Shown in pieces: positions 8,833 through 16,990 of a stretch of DNA of 47,736 bases. The stretch comes from an uncultured Alphaproteobacteria bacterium (GTDB taxonomy: Bacteria > Pseudomonadota > Alphaproteobacteria > Rickettsiales > UBA1997): NCBI GenBank assembly GCA_903879805.1, contig CAIRMX010000140.1, forward strand, positions 1 through 47,736, in the 5' to 3' direction. The first letter of the stretch is position 1. Every line of letters starts with the position of its first letter. Made by a program: the position numbers and the translations under genes. The notes beneath the pieces were generated by a model, which saw nothing but the letters and a program-made list of their open reading frames with translations, did no database searches and was not told the origin of the DNA.

Positions 8833-10212
8833 CTATGCCAACTCTCCAACCAAGCTACTCGGTCTACTTTTTAAAATTTTGACCTGAGCGATTTTTCCAA
8901 AATATTTTTTTGCCTCTTCCTCGCTAGACACGTCAACAATAACCGACTGCAGCCACGGGCTTTTACCCCAAAGCTGCGTTCCGGGACGTGGGGTTTTTGG
9001 GCTGTTGGCTTTGCTTTTTGGAGCTTCTTTTTCGAAAAGCACGTCCATGACTTTGCCTTCAAAACCTTTGTTAAAAATAATCTGCTGCTGCGTTAAAAGT
9101 TCTTGCAAACGCGCAAGGCGCTCGGTTTTTATTTCTTCTGGCACTTGAATTTTTGCGTCTGCGGCGGGCGTTCCCGGACGCGGAGAATATTTAAAAGAGT
9201 AGCATTGCGAGAAGCCGATTTTCTTAATTAGATCAAGTGTGTCTTCAAAATCTTGATCGCTTTCACCGGGAAATCCGACAATAAAATCTGACGACAAACC
9301 AATGTCTGGCCTTGCGGCACGAATCTTTTCAATAATTTTAAAATAATCTTGGCGGGTATGTTTGCGGTTCATGCCTTTTAAAACATTGTTTGATCCCGAC
9401 TGAATCGGCAGATGCAAAAATGGCATTAATTTATCAATTGCTCCGTGGGCTGCGATCAAATCATCAGTCATGTCGCGCGGATGAGAAGTGGTGTAGCGCA
9501 CGCGTTTTACTTCGGGAATTGCCGCAATTTCGGCGACCAATTTTGCTAGGCTCGCCGACTCACCTTTTTCATCCAAACCGTGGTAAGCATTAACATTTTG
9601 CCCCAGCAAATAAATTTCGCTGACGCCCTGCTCGGCCAGCCTTTTAGCATCGGCAACAATTTTAGAAACTTCGCGCGAATATTCAGCGCCACGAGTGTAA
9701 GGCACGACGCAAAAAGTGCAGAATTTATCGCAGCCTTCTTGCACTGTCACAAAAGCGCTGGTGCCAACGCCCGCAGTGCTTTGCGGCAAGGCATCAAATT
9801 TATCGTTGGGCGTAAATTCTAAATTAATTTGTTTTTTCTTTTCGCGAATCACCTTTCCAACCAGATCTGGCAAGGTTTGGTAACTTTCAGGCCCCACAAT
9901 AATATCAACCACATTGGAACGGCGGAAAATTTCTTCACCTTCGGCTTGGGCCACGCAACCAGCAACTGCAACGATCATTTGGCTGCCATCATTTTTCATT
10001 TTATCTTTGTGCGGGCGAATTCTGCCGAGATCAGAAAATAATTTTTCCGAAGCTTTTTCGCGAATGTGACAAGTGTTGATAATTACCATGTCGGCGCCTT
10101 CGGGACTGTCGGTGGTTTCGTAACCAACTGCGGTCATTAGGTCTTGCATGCGGTCTGAATCATAAACGTTCATTTGGCAGCCGTAGGTTTTTATGTGTAA
10201 TTTTTTAGTCAT
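8833..10212 (-). CDS. miaB: tRNA-2-methylthio-N6-dimethylallyladenosine synthase MiaB
   Basis: N-terminal MTKKLHIKTYGCQMNVYDSDRM, radical-SAM CDKFCTFCVVPYTRG (CxxxCxxC) and a C-terminal TRAM domain. Confidence 0.95.
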   Translation of the reverse strand: MTKKLHIKTYGCQMNVYDSDRMQDLMTAVGYETTDSPEGADMVIINTCHIREKASEKLFSDLGRIRPHKDKMKNDGSQMIVAVAGCVAQAEGEEIFRRSNVVDIIVGPESYQTLPDLVGKVIREKKKQINLEFTPNDKFDALPQSTAGVGTSAFVTVQEGCDKFCTFCVVPYTRGAEYSREVSKIVADAKRLAEQGVSEIYLLGQNVNAYHGLDEKGESASLAKLVAEIAAIPEVKRVRYTTSHPRDMTDDLIAAHGAIDKLMPFLHLPIQSGSNNVLKGMNRKHTRQDYFKIIEKIRAARPDIGLSSDFIVGFPGESDQDFEDTLDLIKKIGFSQCYSFKYSPRPGTPAADAKIQVPEEIKTERLARLQELLTQQQIIFNKGFEGKVMDVLFEKEAPKSKANSPKTPRPGTQLWGKSPWLQSVIVDVSSEEEAKKYFGKIAQVKILKSRPSSLVGELA

Positions 10213-10219
10213 TTTTATT

Positions 10220-11017
10220 TTAATTTTTCCAACCGGTTACAGTCACGATTTCAAAAGTTGCAGCTACGCCACCTTCACTTGTTGCGTAAATTTTACGGTA
10301 ATTTTCAGAAATTTTTTGTAAAAATTCTTTAGTAAAAAACTTCCGCGAGCGTTTAGTTAAAATGTTGCCCTGCCCCATGTTTTTCAAGTCTTTTAACAGA
10401 TTCAAAGGCTCGCCATACTCAACTTCAATTTTAGCAAAATCAGAAATCGGATTTTGAAAACCGGCTTTGGCAAAAAGATTGGCAGCGGTTTTTACATCAA
10501 TTGTCGGCGGCATTCTCGGCGAAATTCCGCCGTAAATTTCATTTTCAGTTTCGTATAAAACGTGAGCCAGTTGGCTGAGATTTTCTTCACCAAAAAAGCT
10601 GGCGATGAAGACGCCGTTTGGTTTTAATAGGTTTTTGATTTGGAGTAAAAATTGCGGAATTTCGTTGATGAAGTGGAAGTTGAGATTGCTTAGAATTAGG
10701 TCAAAGGATTCGGGAGCTTGTGGCAAGCCCTCTTCATCATCACACTCCTCCCAAGTCACCCTGAGCTTGTCGAAGGGTGATTCAGGGCGCGGGCTTGAAT
10801 CATGCTTCGACAAGCTCAGGGTGACATCGTGAAGATGGTCATCTAAAGCCCCAATCTCCAAAATATTCACAAACTCACGATTCAATAACCCAACATTCTC
10901 AGCAATTCTATTTGCAACTTCGTGATGTAAAAAATTATGCTGCACGAAACCCTTGGCAGCGCGTTTGCGGTTTTGCCGCAGCAAATCTCGATCAAATAGA
11001 ACCTCTTGAGTCATCAC
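10220..11017 (-). CDS. class I SAM-dependent methyltransferase-like protein (NDUFAF5/BioC-like) carrying an in-frame palindromic insert
   Basis: N-terminus FDRDLLRQNRKRAAKGF...FLHHEVANRIAENV and SFDLILSNLNFHFINE...LKPNGVFIASF match the methyltransferase-11 / NDUFAF5-like layout. Motif I is degenerate (ILEIGALDD). Confidence 0.7.
   Translation of the reverse strand: MMTQEVLFDRDLLRQNRKRAAKGFVQHNFLHHEVANRIAENVGLLNREFVNILEIGALDDHLHDVTLSLSKHDSSPRPESPFDKLRVTWEECDDEEGLPQAPESFDLILSNLNFHFINEIPQFLLQIKNLLKPNGVFIASFFGEENLSQLAHVLYETENEIYGGISPRMPPTIDVKTAANLFAKAGFQNPISDFAKIEVEYGEPLNLLKDLKNMGQGNILTKRSRKFFTKEFLQKISENYRKIYATSEGGVAATFEIVTVTGWKN
10755..10825. repeat. palindromic RPE/MITE-like element (family C) inside a coding region
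   Basis: A perfect 21-bp inverted repeat: gtcaccctgagcttgtcgaag (10755-10775) and cttcgacaagctcagggtgac (10805-10825). It is translated in frame as VTLSLSKHDSSPRPESPFDKLRVT. Confidence 0.85.
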
Positions 11018-11025
11018 GTTAGAAA

Positions 11026-11748
11026 ATGAAAATTTTAAAGAATTTTTTGGAAATTATTTTTCCAAGTCACTGCCTCGCTTGCGAGAAAATCGTTAATCGC
11101 GACGGCCTTTTTTGCTCAGAATGCTGGCCGAAACTGCAATTCATCTGTGAACCGAAATGCCAAATTTGCGCCTATCCGTTTGAGTTTCAAGGCTTGAGTT
11201 TGCTGTGCGCGAAATGTTTAACGAAGAGACCTTCTTTTGACAAAGCCGTGGTGCTTTTTCGCTACAATCACATTTTACGCAAAATCATCAGCTCGTTAAA
11301 ATATCGCGATCAAACTTTTTTGGCCAAGAAATTTGCGCGGCTTTTATTTGACAAAGCCAAAAGTGAAATTGCTGATTGCGACCTGATAATTCCAGTGCCG
11401 CTGCATGTAAAAAGATTGCGCAAAAGAAAATTTAATCAGGCAATTTTGCTGGCAAAAAACTTATTAAATTTCGCACCGGATAAAAATTTTATTGCCGATT
11501 TTCTAGTGCGAATCAAAGACACCAAACCGCAAGTTGAGCTGAAAAAGAAAGAGCGCGAAAATAATTTGAAAAACGCTTTTGCGGTAAACGCGAAATATCT
11601 CAAAGACGTGCGTGGCAAAAAAATTCTGCTAATTGACGACGTCACCACAACTGGCGCCACGTTTGAGAATTGTGCAAAAATTCTAAAAAAACACGGCGTT
11701 AAAAAAGTTGTGGTGCTGGCAATTGCCAAAACAGCTCTGAGCTTTTAG
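11026..11748 (+). CDS. comF: ComF-family phosphoribosyltransferase-domain protein
   Basis: N-terminal Cys-rich zinc-ribbon-like CLAC...CSEC...CQIC...CAKC and the C-terminal PRTase motif KILLIDDVTTTGATF. Confidence 0.8.
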   Translation: MKILKNFLEIIFPSHCLACEKIVNRDGLFCSECWPKLQFICEPKCQICAYPFEFQGLSLLCAKCLTKRPSFDKAVVLFRYNHILRKIISSLKYRDQTFLAKKFARLLFDKAKSEIADCDLIIPVPLHVKRLRKRKFNQAILLAKNLLNFAPDKNFIADFLVRIKDTKPQVELKKKERENNLKNAFAVNAKYLKDVRGKKILLIDDVTTTGATFENCAKILKKHGVKKVVVLAIAKTALSF

Positions 11749-12477
11749 CTAAAGTTTTTGCAAAATTAAGTTAGAATTATTGCACCAAAAATCTAAATCC
11801 TTGCCCAGAAATCGACGATTAAAAACTCGCACCAAGCCTTGCATTTCAAGGTCAAATTCATCATTTAGATTTATAACGCGATAACCAAATTTTTTGAGAT
11901 TCTGTTTTATTTCTTTAATGCGCGCATCTTTGTTTTTGATCTCGAATATTTTTGTCTCATCGCTGCTAATTTTGGGAAAAATTCCCACGCCATTTTCAGC
12001 TAAAAACTGCCAATCAAAAAGATGCGACGGATCTTGTTTGCGATCCAAAAAACCAGTTTCTTTTTCATAGCCAATGTCGGAATGGCCAACTACTTCTAGT
12101 TGATATTTTGCGATTAAATATTTGCAGAGCCCAACTCCGGCAACCATCTGCGCCTCTTCAAATTTTTTGCTAAAAGGTGAAGAATTAATAAATTCAATGC
12201 CAATTGAGTTTTTATTTAAGCCTTCAAAGCCTTTCCAAAAACTAACTCCGGCGTGATAGGCAATGTCGTTTTCGTCAACTAGCTCAAAAATTTTGCCACT
12301 TTCATCGATTAAAAAATGAGCGCTAACTTTATGTTCAAGAAACTGCTCAATTGCGTGCTCTGCCGAGTTTGCCTCAACGTGATGCAACACCAAAAAATCA
12401 ATTTTTCTCGGTGCATTTTGCGGATCAAAAAATTCTAGAAATTTTTTACTGCGATCGATTTGCATATTTTTTGACAT
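11749..12477 (-). CDS. N-acetylmuramoyl-L-alanine amidase (amidase_2 / AmpD-like) with C-terminal peptidoglycan-binding-like domain
   Basis: FLVLHH...AHFLIDESGKI...AYHAGVS.W...NSIGIE...VVGHSDI pattern of amidase_2. The tail IKEIKQNLKKFGYRV...LVRVFNRRF resembles a PG_binding_1 repeat. Confidence 0.75.
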   Translation of the reverse strand: MSKNMQIDRSKKFLEFFDPQNAPRKIDFLVLHHVEANSAEHAIEQFLEHKVSAHFLIDESGKIFELVDENDIAYHAGVSFWKGFEGLNKNSIGIEFINSSPFSKKFEEAQMVAGVGLCKYLIAKYQLEVVGHSDIGYEKETGFLDRKQDPSHLFDWQFLAENGVGIFPKISSDETKIFEIKNKDARIKEIKQNLKKFGYRVINLNDEFDLEMQGLVRVFNRRFLGKDLDFWCNNSNLILQKL

Positions 12478-12563
12478 TAAAATTCTTGAAAACTACCTTG
12501 CCCGCCCTTCCTTGATTCACCTATATCGAATTACAATTCTTTAATCATTTTTCATTTCAGAAT

Positions 12564-14867
12564 ATGGCCAGCAAAAAAGACGCGGTAAAAAACACTCCTA
12601 ACACTAAATCAGCAACCAAAAACTCTAGAGATCTTGAAGCGTTGCAATTTCACATGATGGGCCAACCCGGCAAAGTTTCAATGCAAGCAACCAAGCCACT
12701 TAACACTCAACGTGATTTGGCTTTGGCTTACTCACCTGGTGTTGCGGTGCCTTGTTTAGAAATTCAAAAAAATCCTGACGCCGCTTACGACTACACCGCA
12801 AAAGGAAATTACGTTGCCGTAATTTCAAACGGTACTGCAGTTTTAGGCCTTGGAAATCTTGGCGCTTTAGCCGGAAAACCAGTAATGGAAGGTAAATCAG
12901 TTTTGTTCAAACGCTTCGCCGACATTGACTCGGTTGATATCGAAGTTGCAACTGAAGATGCTGATGAATTCATCAATGCCGTTAAATATTTAGGACCAAC
13001 TTGGGGTGGTATTAACCTTGAAGACATTAAGGCTCCAGAATGCTTCATCATTGAAAGCAAGTTGCGTGAATTAATGGATATTCCAGTTTTTCACGATGAC
13101 CAACATGGCACTGCAATCGTTTCTGCAGCGGGCATTATCAATGCTTTACACATTTCAGGCAAAAAATTTAAAGATCTTAAAGTTGTCGTAAACGGCGCCG
13201 GCGCAGCTGGTATTGCTTGTTTAGAACTTTTAAAAGCAATGGGCTTGCCTCACGACAACGCCATTCTTTGCGACACTAAAGGCACCATCTACAAAGGCAG
13301 AACTGAAGGCATGAACCAATGGAAATCAGCTCACGCCGCAAACACCAAAACTCGTACTTTGGCTGAAGCCATGAAAGGTGCTGACGTTTTCTTAGGTCTT
13401 TCAGTTAAAGGTGCTGTGACTCGCGACATGGTTAAATCAATGGCGAAAAATCCGGTGATTTTTGCCATGGCAAATCCTGATCCGGAAATTACTCCAGAAG
13501 AAGTTCACGCTACTCGCGATGACGCAATTGTTGCAACTGGCCGCTCTGACTACGAAAACCAAGTTAATAACGTAATGGGCTTCCCTTACATTTTCCGTGG
13601 TGCATTGGACGTTCGCGCTTCAACCATTAACGAAGAAATGAAAATCGCTGCGGCTCACGCAATTGCTGAACTTGCTCGCGAACATGTGCCTGAAGAAGTT
13701 GTGAAAGCCTACGGCAATCGCGACATGAAATTTGGTAAGCACTACATCATCCCAACTCCATTTGACGCACGTTTGATTGCTGTAGTTCCTCTTGCAGTTG
13801 CTAAAGCCGCGGTTGCAAGTGGTGTTGCTAGAAAACCAATCAAAGATTGGGATGCTTACAAAAAACAATTACAAGCTCGTCGCGATCCTTCAATGAACAG
13901 CTTGAGCATGATTTTTGATCAGCTTGAAAGAAAACCTAAAAAAGTTATTTTTGCTGAAGGCGAACAACCGGAAATCATCCGCGTTGCTGCAATGTGGCGC
14001 GATTCTGGCTATGGCAAACCAATCTTGATCGGCAAAGAAAAACGTATTTTAGAAAATATGAAAGAAGCCAATGTCAGCCCTGAAGGCATTGAAATTTTCA
14101 ACGCTTCAATCTCTGACGAGAACAGCAAATTTACCGACTACCTTTACAAAAAATTGCAACGTGACGGCGTGCTTCGCTCTGACTGTTCACGCATGATCAA
14201 AAATGACCGCAATATTTTTGCTGCCTCAATGCTTGCCTGCGGACATGGTGATGCTTTGGTTACCGGCCTTACTCGTGGTTATCGTCAATCGCTAACCGAT
14301 GTTTGGAAAGTGATCAAAAACAAGAAAGATAAAATCGTTCTTGGCATTTCAATGGTGATCTCAAAAGGCAAAACCATTTTCATTTCAGACACTGCTTGTT
14401 CAGAACTTTCTTCGTCAGAACATTTGGCTGATATCGCCATTCAAACTGCCAAAAAAGTGCGCGACATGGGTTATGAACCACGCGTTGCTTTCTTGTCATT
14501 TTCGAATTTCGGCTCGGCTCTTAAAACTGAATCAAGCCGCATCAAACATGCGGTTGAAATTCTAGACAGCCAAAAAGTTGATTTCGAATATGACGGCGAA
14601 ATGACGGCTGACGTGGCTTTGAACATGGATAAAATGGCGCGCTACCCATTTTGCAGATTGACAGCACCCGCTAATATTTTGATTTGCCCAGGACTTCACT
14701 CAGCTTCAATTGCAACTAAGCTTTTGGAAGAAGTCGGAAATTGTACTGTGATTGGACCAATCATGGATGGCTTTGAAAAATCAGTTCAAATTGTCACCAT
14801 GAACTCTTCGATTAGTGATATTTTAAACCTAGCTGCAATTGCTGCGGTTGGATCATCTTCAAAATAG
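12564..14867 (+). CDS. maeB: NADP-dependent malic enzyme (malic enzyme fused to a phosphotransacetylase-like domain)
   Basis: LAYSPGVA, FHDDQHGTAIV and VVNGAGAAGIA motifs, 767-aa length, and a PTA-like C-terminal half. Confidence 0.92.
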   Translation: MASKKDAVKNTPNTKSATKNSRDLEALQFHMMGQPGKVSMQATKPLNTQRDLALAYSPGVAVPCLEIQKNPDAAYDYTAKGNYVAVISNGTAVLGLGNLGALAGKPVMEGKSVLFKRFADIDSVDIEVATEDADEFINAVKYLGPTWGGINLEDIKAPECFIIESKLRELMDIPVFHDDQHGTAIVSAAGIINALHISGKKFKDLKVVVNGAGAAGIACLELLKAMGLPHDNAILCDTKGTIYKGRTEGMNQWKSAHAANTKTRTLAEAMKGADVFLGLSVKGAVTRDMVKSMAKNPVIFAMANPDPEITPEEVHATRDDAIVATGRSDYENQVNNVMGFPYIFRGALDVRASTINEEMKIAAAHAIAELAREHVPEEVVKAYGNRDMKFGKHYIIPTPFDARLIAVVPLAVAKAAVASGVARKPIKDWDAYKKQLQARRDPSMNSLSMIFDQLERKPKKVIFAEGEQPEIIRVAAMWRDSGYGKPILIGKEKRILENMKEANVSPEGIEIFNASISDENSKFTDYLYKKLQRDGVLRSDCSRMIKNDRNIFAASMLACGHGDALVTGLTRGYRQSLTDVWKVIKNKKDKIVLGISMVISKGKTIFISDTACSELSSSEHLADIAIQTAKKVRDMGYEPRVAFLSFSNFGSALKTESSRIKHAVEILDSQKVDFEYDGEMTADVALNMDKMARYPFCRLTAPANILICPGLHSASIATKLLEEVGNCTVIGPIMDGFEKSVQIVTMNSSISDILNLAAIAAVGSSSK

Positions 14868-14878
14868 TTTTTTAAATT

Positions 14879-15331
14879 ATGAGTAAGAGCCAAGGACTAA
14901 GTGCGGGAGAATTACACCACGCCGGAGCCTTCACTGGCGTGGCAGCGGGAGATAAAGCGCCCGAGGTTCGATCATCTGAGGGGACGAGTTCACTTGAGGC
15001 TCCTGAAGCACATTCTATGCTTCCGGTTGGTAAAGAAGGGGCACCTAATATTGGTGGTCCGGGAATGGATAGTGCGTTAAAGCTTGGTGGAAGTATGGCA
15101 GAATTGTTTAATTATTTTACTAAAGCTGGTGGCGCACTCGGATCCAGTATTTCTGAATGTTTTGGCAAGATGGCAACTTTTTTGGGTACCGATGAACTCA
15201 AAGGTGATAATCTCGCTATTAAGGATCTTGGTCCCAGCGAAATTACTTCGCATGGAATTGCGAGCGTTCGGGGTGATTTACAAATTAAAGATTTTAGCGC
15301 CACAAGCCAGCAGGGAGGCGCAGAGCATTAA
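14879..15331 (+). CDS. hypothetical protein, Gly/Ala/Ser/Glu-rich orphan with locally elevated G+C
   Basis: 150-codon ORF starting 11 nt after the maeB stop and ending 3 nt before the next ATG. No recognisable motif. Two other frames are also open here, so the frame assignment is tentative. Confidence 0.45.
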   Translation: MSKSQGLSAGELHHAGAFTGVAAGDKAPEVRSSEGTSSLEAPEAHSMLPVGKEGAPNIGGPGMDSALKLGGSMAELFNYFTKAGGALGSSISECFGKMATFLGTDELKGDNLAIKDLGPSEITSHGIASVRGDLQIKDFSATSQQGGAEH

Positions 15332-15334
15332 TTT

Positions 15335-15505
15335 ATGACTAATTACGAAGAAAAAAAATGTGGTGAGTCTTGTGGATGCAACACTTCGCAAGAGATGAAA
15401 AAAGATGATCAGGTTTCTAACGTAGAAATTTCTAAAGAAAAAATTGAGCAAGATCCAACTCGTTTTGGTGACTGGCAGGTTAATGGTCGGGCGATTGATT
15501 TTTAG
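15335..15505 (+). CDS. DUF1674 / SDHAF4-like small protein (56 aa)
   Basis: Below the ORF-track size cutoff. Translation: MTNYEEKKCGESCGCNTSQEMKKDDQVSNVEISKEKIEQDPTRFGDWQVNGRAIDF. The C-terminal PTRFGDWQ.NGR.IDF is the family signature as I recall it. Confidence 0.7.
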   Translation: MTNYEEKKCGESCGCNTSQEMKKDDQVSNVEISKEKIEQDPTRFGDWQVNGRAIDF

Positions 15506-15533
15506 TTAGAACTACTTTTGTTAATTCGAATTT

Positions 15534-15628
15534 GCGAGTAACCACCCCAACCCCTCGGGCTTTAGATCGAATTCGGTTTCGAGCACTCCCCTCCTTTTCA
15601 AGGAGGGGTTGGGGGTGGTTATTCACGC
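15534..15628. repeat. palindromic element, family B
   Basis: Left arm gcgagtaaccaccccaacccctc (15534-15556) is the complement of ggaggggttgggggtggttattcacgc in the right arm. The right arm also contains the hairpin cccctcc-tttca-aggagggg. It lies between convergent genes, and related copies sit at 29960-30086. Confidence 0.8.
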
Positions 15629-15646
15629 ACTCGATCAACCTAATTA

Positions 15647-16909
15647 CTAAGCAAACCCCTTCTTAATCTTTCCAATCTCCATCACCTTCCCCACCTTTCC
15701 AATCGCAGCAAAAGTTGGCTTCGAACCACTAAAAATTTCTGACGCAACTCTCGCCACATCCGACTTTCTCACCGCCGCAACTTTCTTCAAAATCTCTTCA
15801 TCACCAACCAAGCGCCCGTAAGAAAAAATATCTCCACCCAATCTCTGCATCCTAGTGCTGGTGCTTTCTTTAGCCATCAACAAACCTGCTTCAAACTGGG
15901 TGTGAACTCGAGTCATTTCTTTATCCGTAACTTTTTCACAGATTTTTTTCACCTCAGTGCATGTTGCCGAAATTAACTCATTAGTTTTTTCAGGAGTAGT
16001 TCCTGCGTAAATTCCAAACAATCCCGAATCGTGACTAGCAAAATTGAAAGCATAAATCGAGTAAGCCAAGCCGCGGTTCTCGCGTACTTCTTGAAATAAA
16101 CGTGACGACATTCCGCCGCCCAAAATCATCGCCAAAATTTGCGAAGCGTAGTAATCTTCATGCAAATGCGACACGCCTTTAAAGCCGATTGTTAGATTAA
16201 TTTGCTCGAGTTTTTTTTCTTTTCTGAAATCTCCACCAACATATTTCGCAGGCTCTACATCTTTGATTTCATTGGTGCCAAGGTTGGTGAAATATTTTTT
16301 CGACCATTTAACTAAATCAGCTTCTTTAATATTTCCCGCCGCAACTACCGCGATATTTTTATAATTATATTGGCTAGCGATGTAGTTAACAAAATGATCA
16401 CGCCCAAATTTTTTAATATTTTTTACCGGCCCTAAAATTGAGCGCCCGATTGCCTGTTTTGGGTAAGCGGTTTCTTGAAAATAATCGAAAACAATATCGT
16501 CGGGAGTGTCGTTAGTCATGGCGATTTCTTGCAAAATCACGCCACGTTCTTTTTCTAATTCAACTGAATCGAAAGTGGAGTTTTGCAAAATATCAGCCAA
16601 AAATTCGACGGCAAATTCGGCATGTTTCTTCAACACTTTGGCATAATAAACTGTTTTATCTTTTGAGGTGTAAGCATTGATGCGGCCACCAATTCCTTCA
16701 AATTCTTCGGCAATTTGTCGCGCACTTCTTTTGGCAGTTCCCTTAAAAGCCATATGCTCAAGAAAGTGCGAAATACCGTTGATTTCCGTGCTTTCATTGC
16801 GACTTCCGGTATTTACAAAAACTCCAACTGAAACTGTCTCAACATCTTTCATTTCGTCGGTGGCAATACGCAGGCCGTTTGGCAAAGTAGTTATTTCTTT
16901 TTTAGGCAT
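15647..16909 (-). CDS. M16-family zinc peptidase (mitochondrial-processing-peptidase-like)
   Basis: Inverted zinc motif HFLEHMAFKGT (HxxEH), a downstream REREVILQE-like segment (KERGVILQEI), and 420 aa. Confidence 0.9.
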   Translation of the reverse strand: MPKKEITTLPNGLRIATDEMKDVETVSVGVFVNTGSRNESTEINGISHFLEHMAFKGTAKRSARQIAEEFEGIGGRINAYTSKDKTVYYAKVLKKHAEFAVEFLADILQNSTFDSVELEKERGVILQEIAMTNDTPDDIVFDYFQETAYPKQAIGRSILGPVKNIKKFGRDHFVNYIASQYNYKNIAVVAAGNIKEADLVKWSKKYFTNLGTNEIKDVEPAKYVGGDFRKEKKLEQINLTIGFKGVSHLHEDYYASQILAMILGGGMSSRLFQEVRENRGLAYSIYAFNFASHDSGLFGIYAGTTPEKTNELISATCTEVKKICEKVTDKEMTRVHTQFEAGLLMAKESTSTRMQRLGGDIFSYGRLVGDEEILKKVAAVRKSDVARVASEIFSGSKPTFAAIGKVGKVMEIGKIKKGFA

Positions 16910-16990
16910 GAGAGAAAAATTGAAAAAATTATTGGAAGGCTTGTCGCGAAGTTTCTAACTCTCTTAATCTAAAAGAAAATTCGAGAAAAC

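Noticed and set aside
7910-9062. Paired 63-aa ORFs (7910-8101 and 8871-9062) with nearly identical sequences
   Set aside because: Both are out-of-frame shadows of the duplicated miaB tail. Their similarity only restates the duplication reported above.
10605-10832. 75-aa plus-strand ORF antisense to the methyltransferase gene
   Set aside because: It is kept open by the symmetry of the palindromic insert, which gives the same peptide on both strands. There is no other support for it.
11012-11030. Divergent methyltransferase and comF start codons only 8 bp apart
   Set aside because: This is probably just compact genome organisation or a slightly mis-set start. There is no sequence feature to interpret.
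15080-15190. HindIII (15080), BamHI (15140) and KpnI (15185) sites clustered in the G+C-rich orphan ORF, raising the thought of an engineered insert
   Set aside because: Three 6-cutter sites in about 110 bp of locally G+C-richer DNA is within chance expectation. There are no vector-like flanks or polylinker order.
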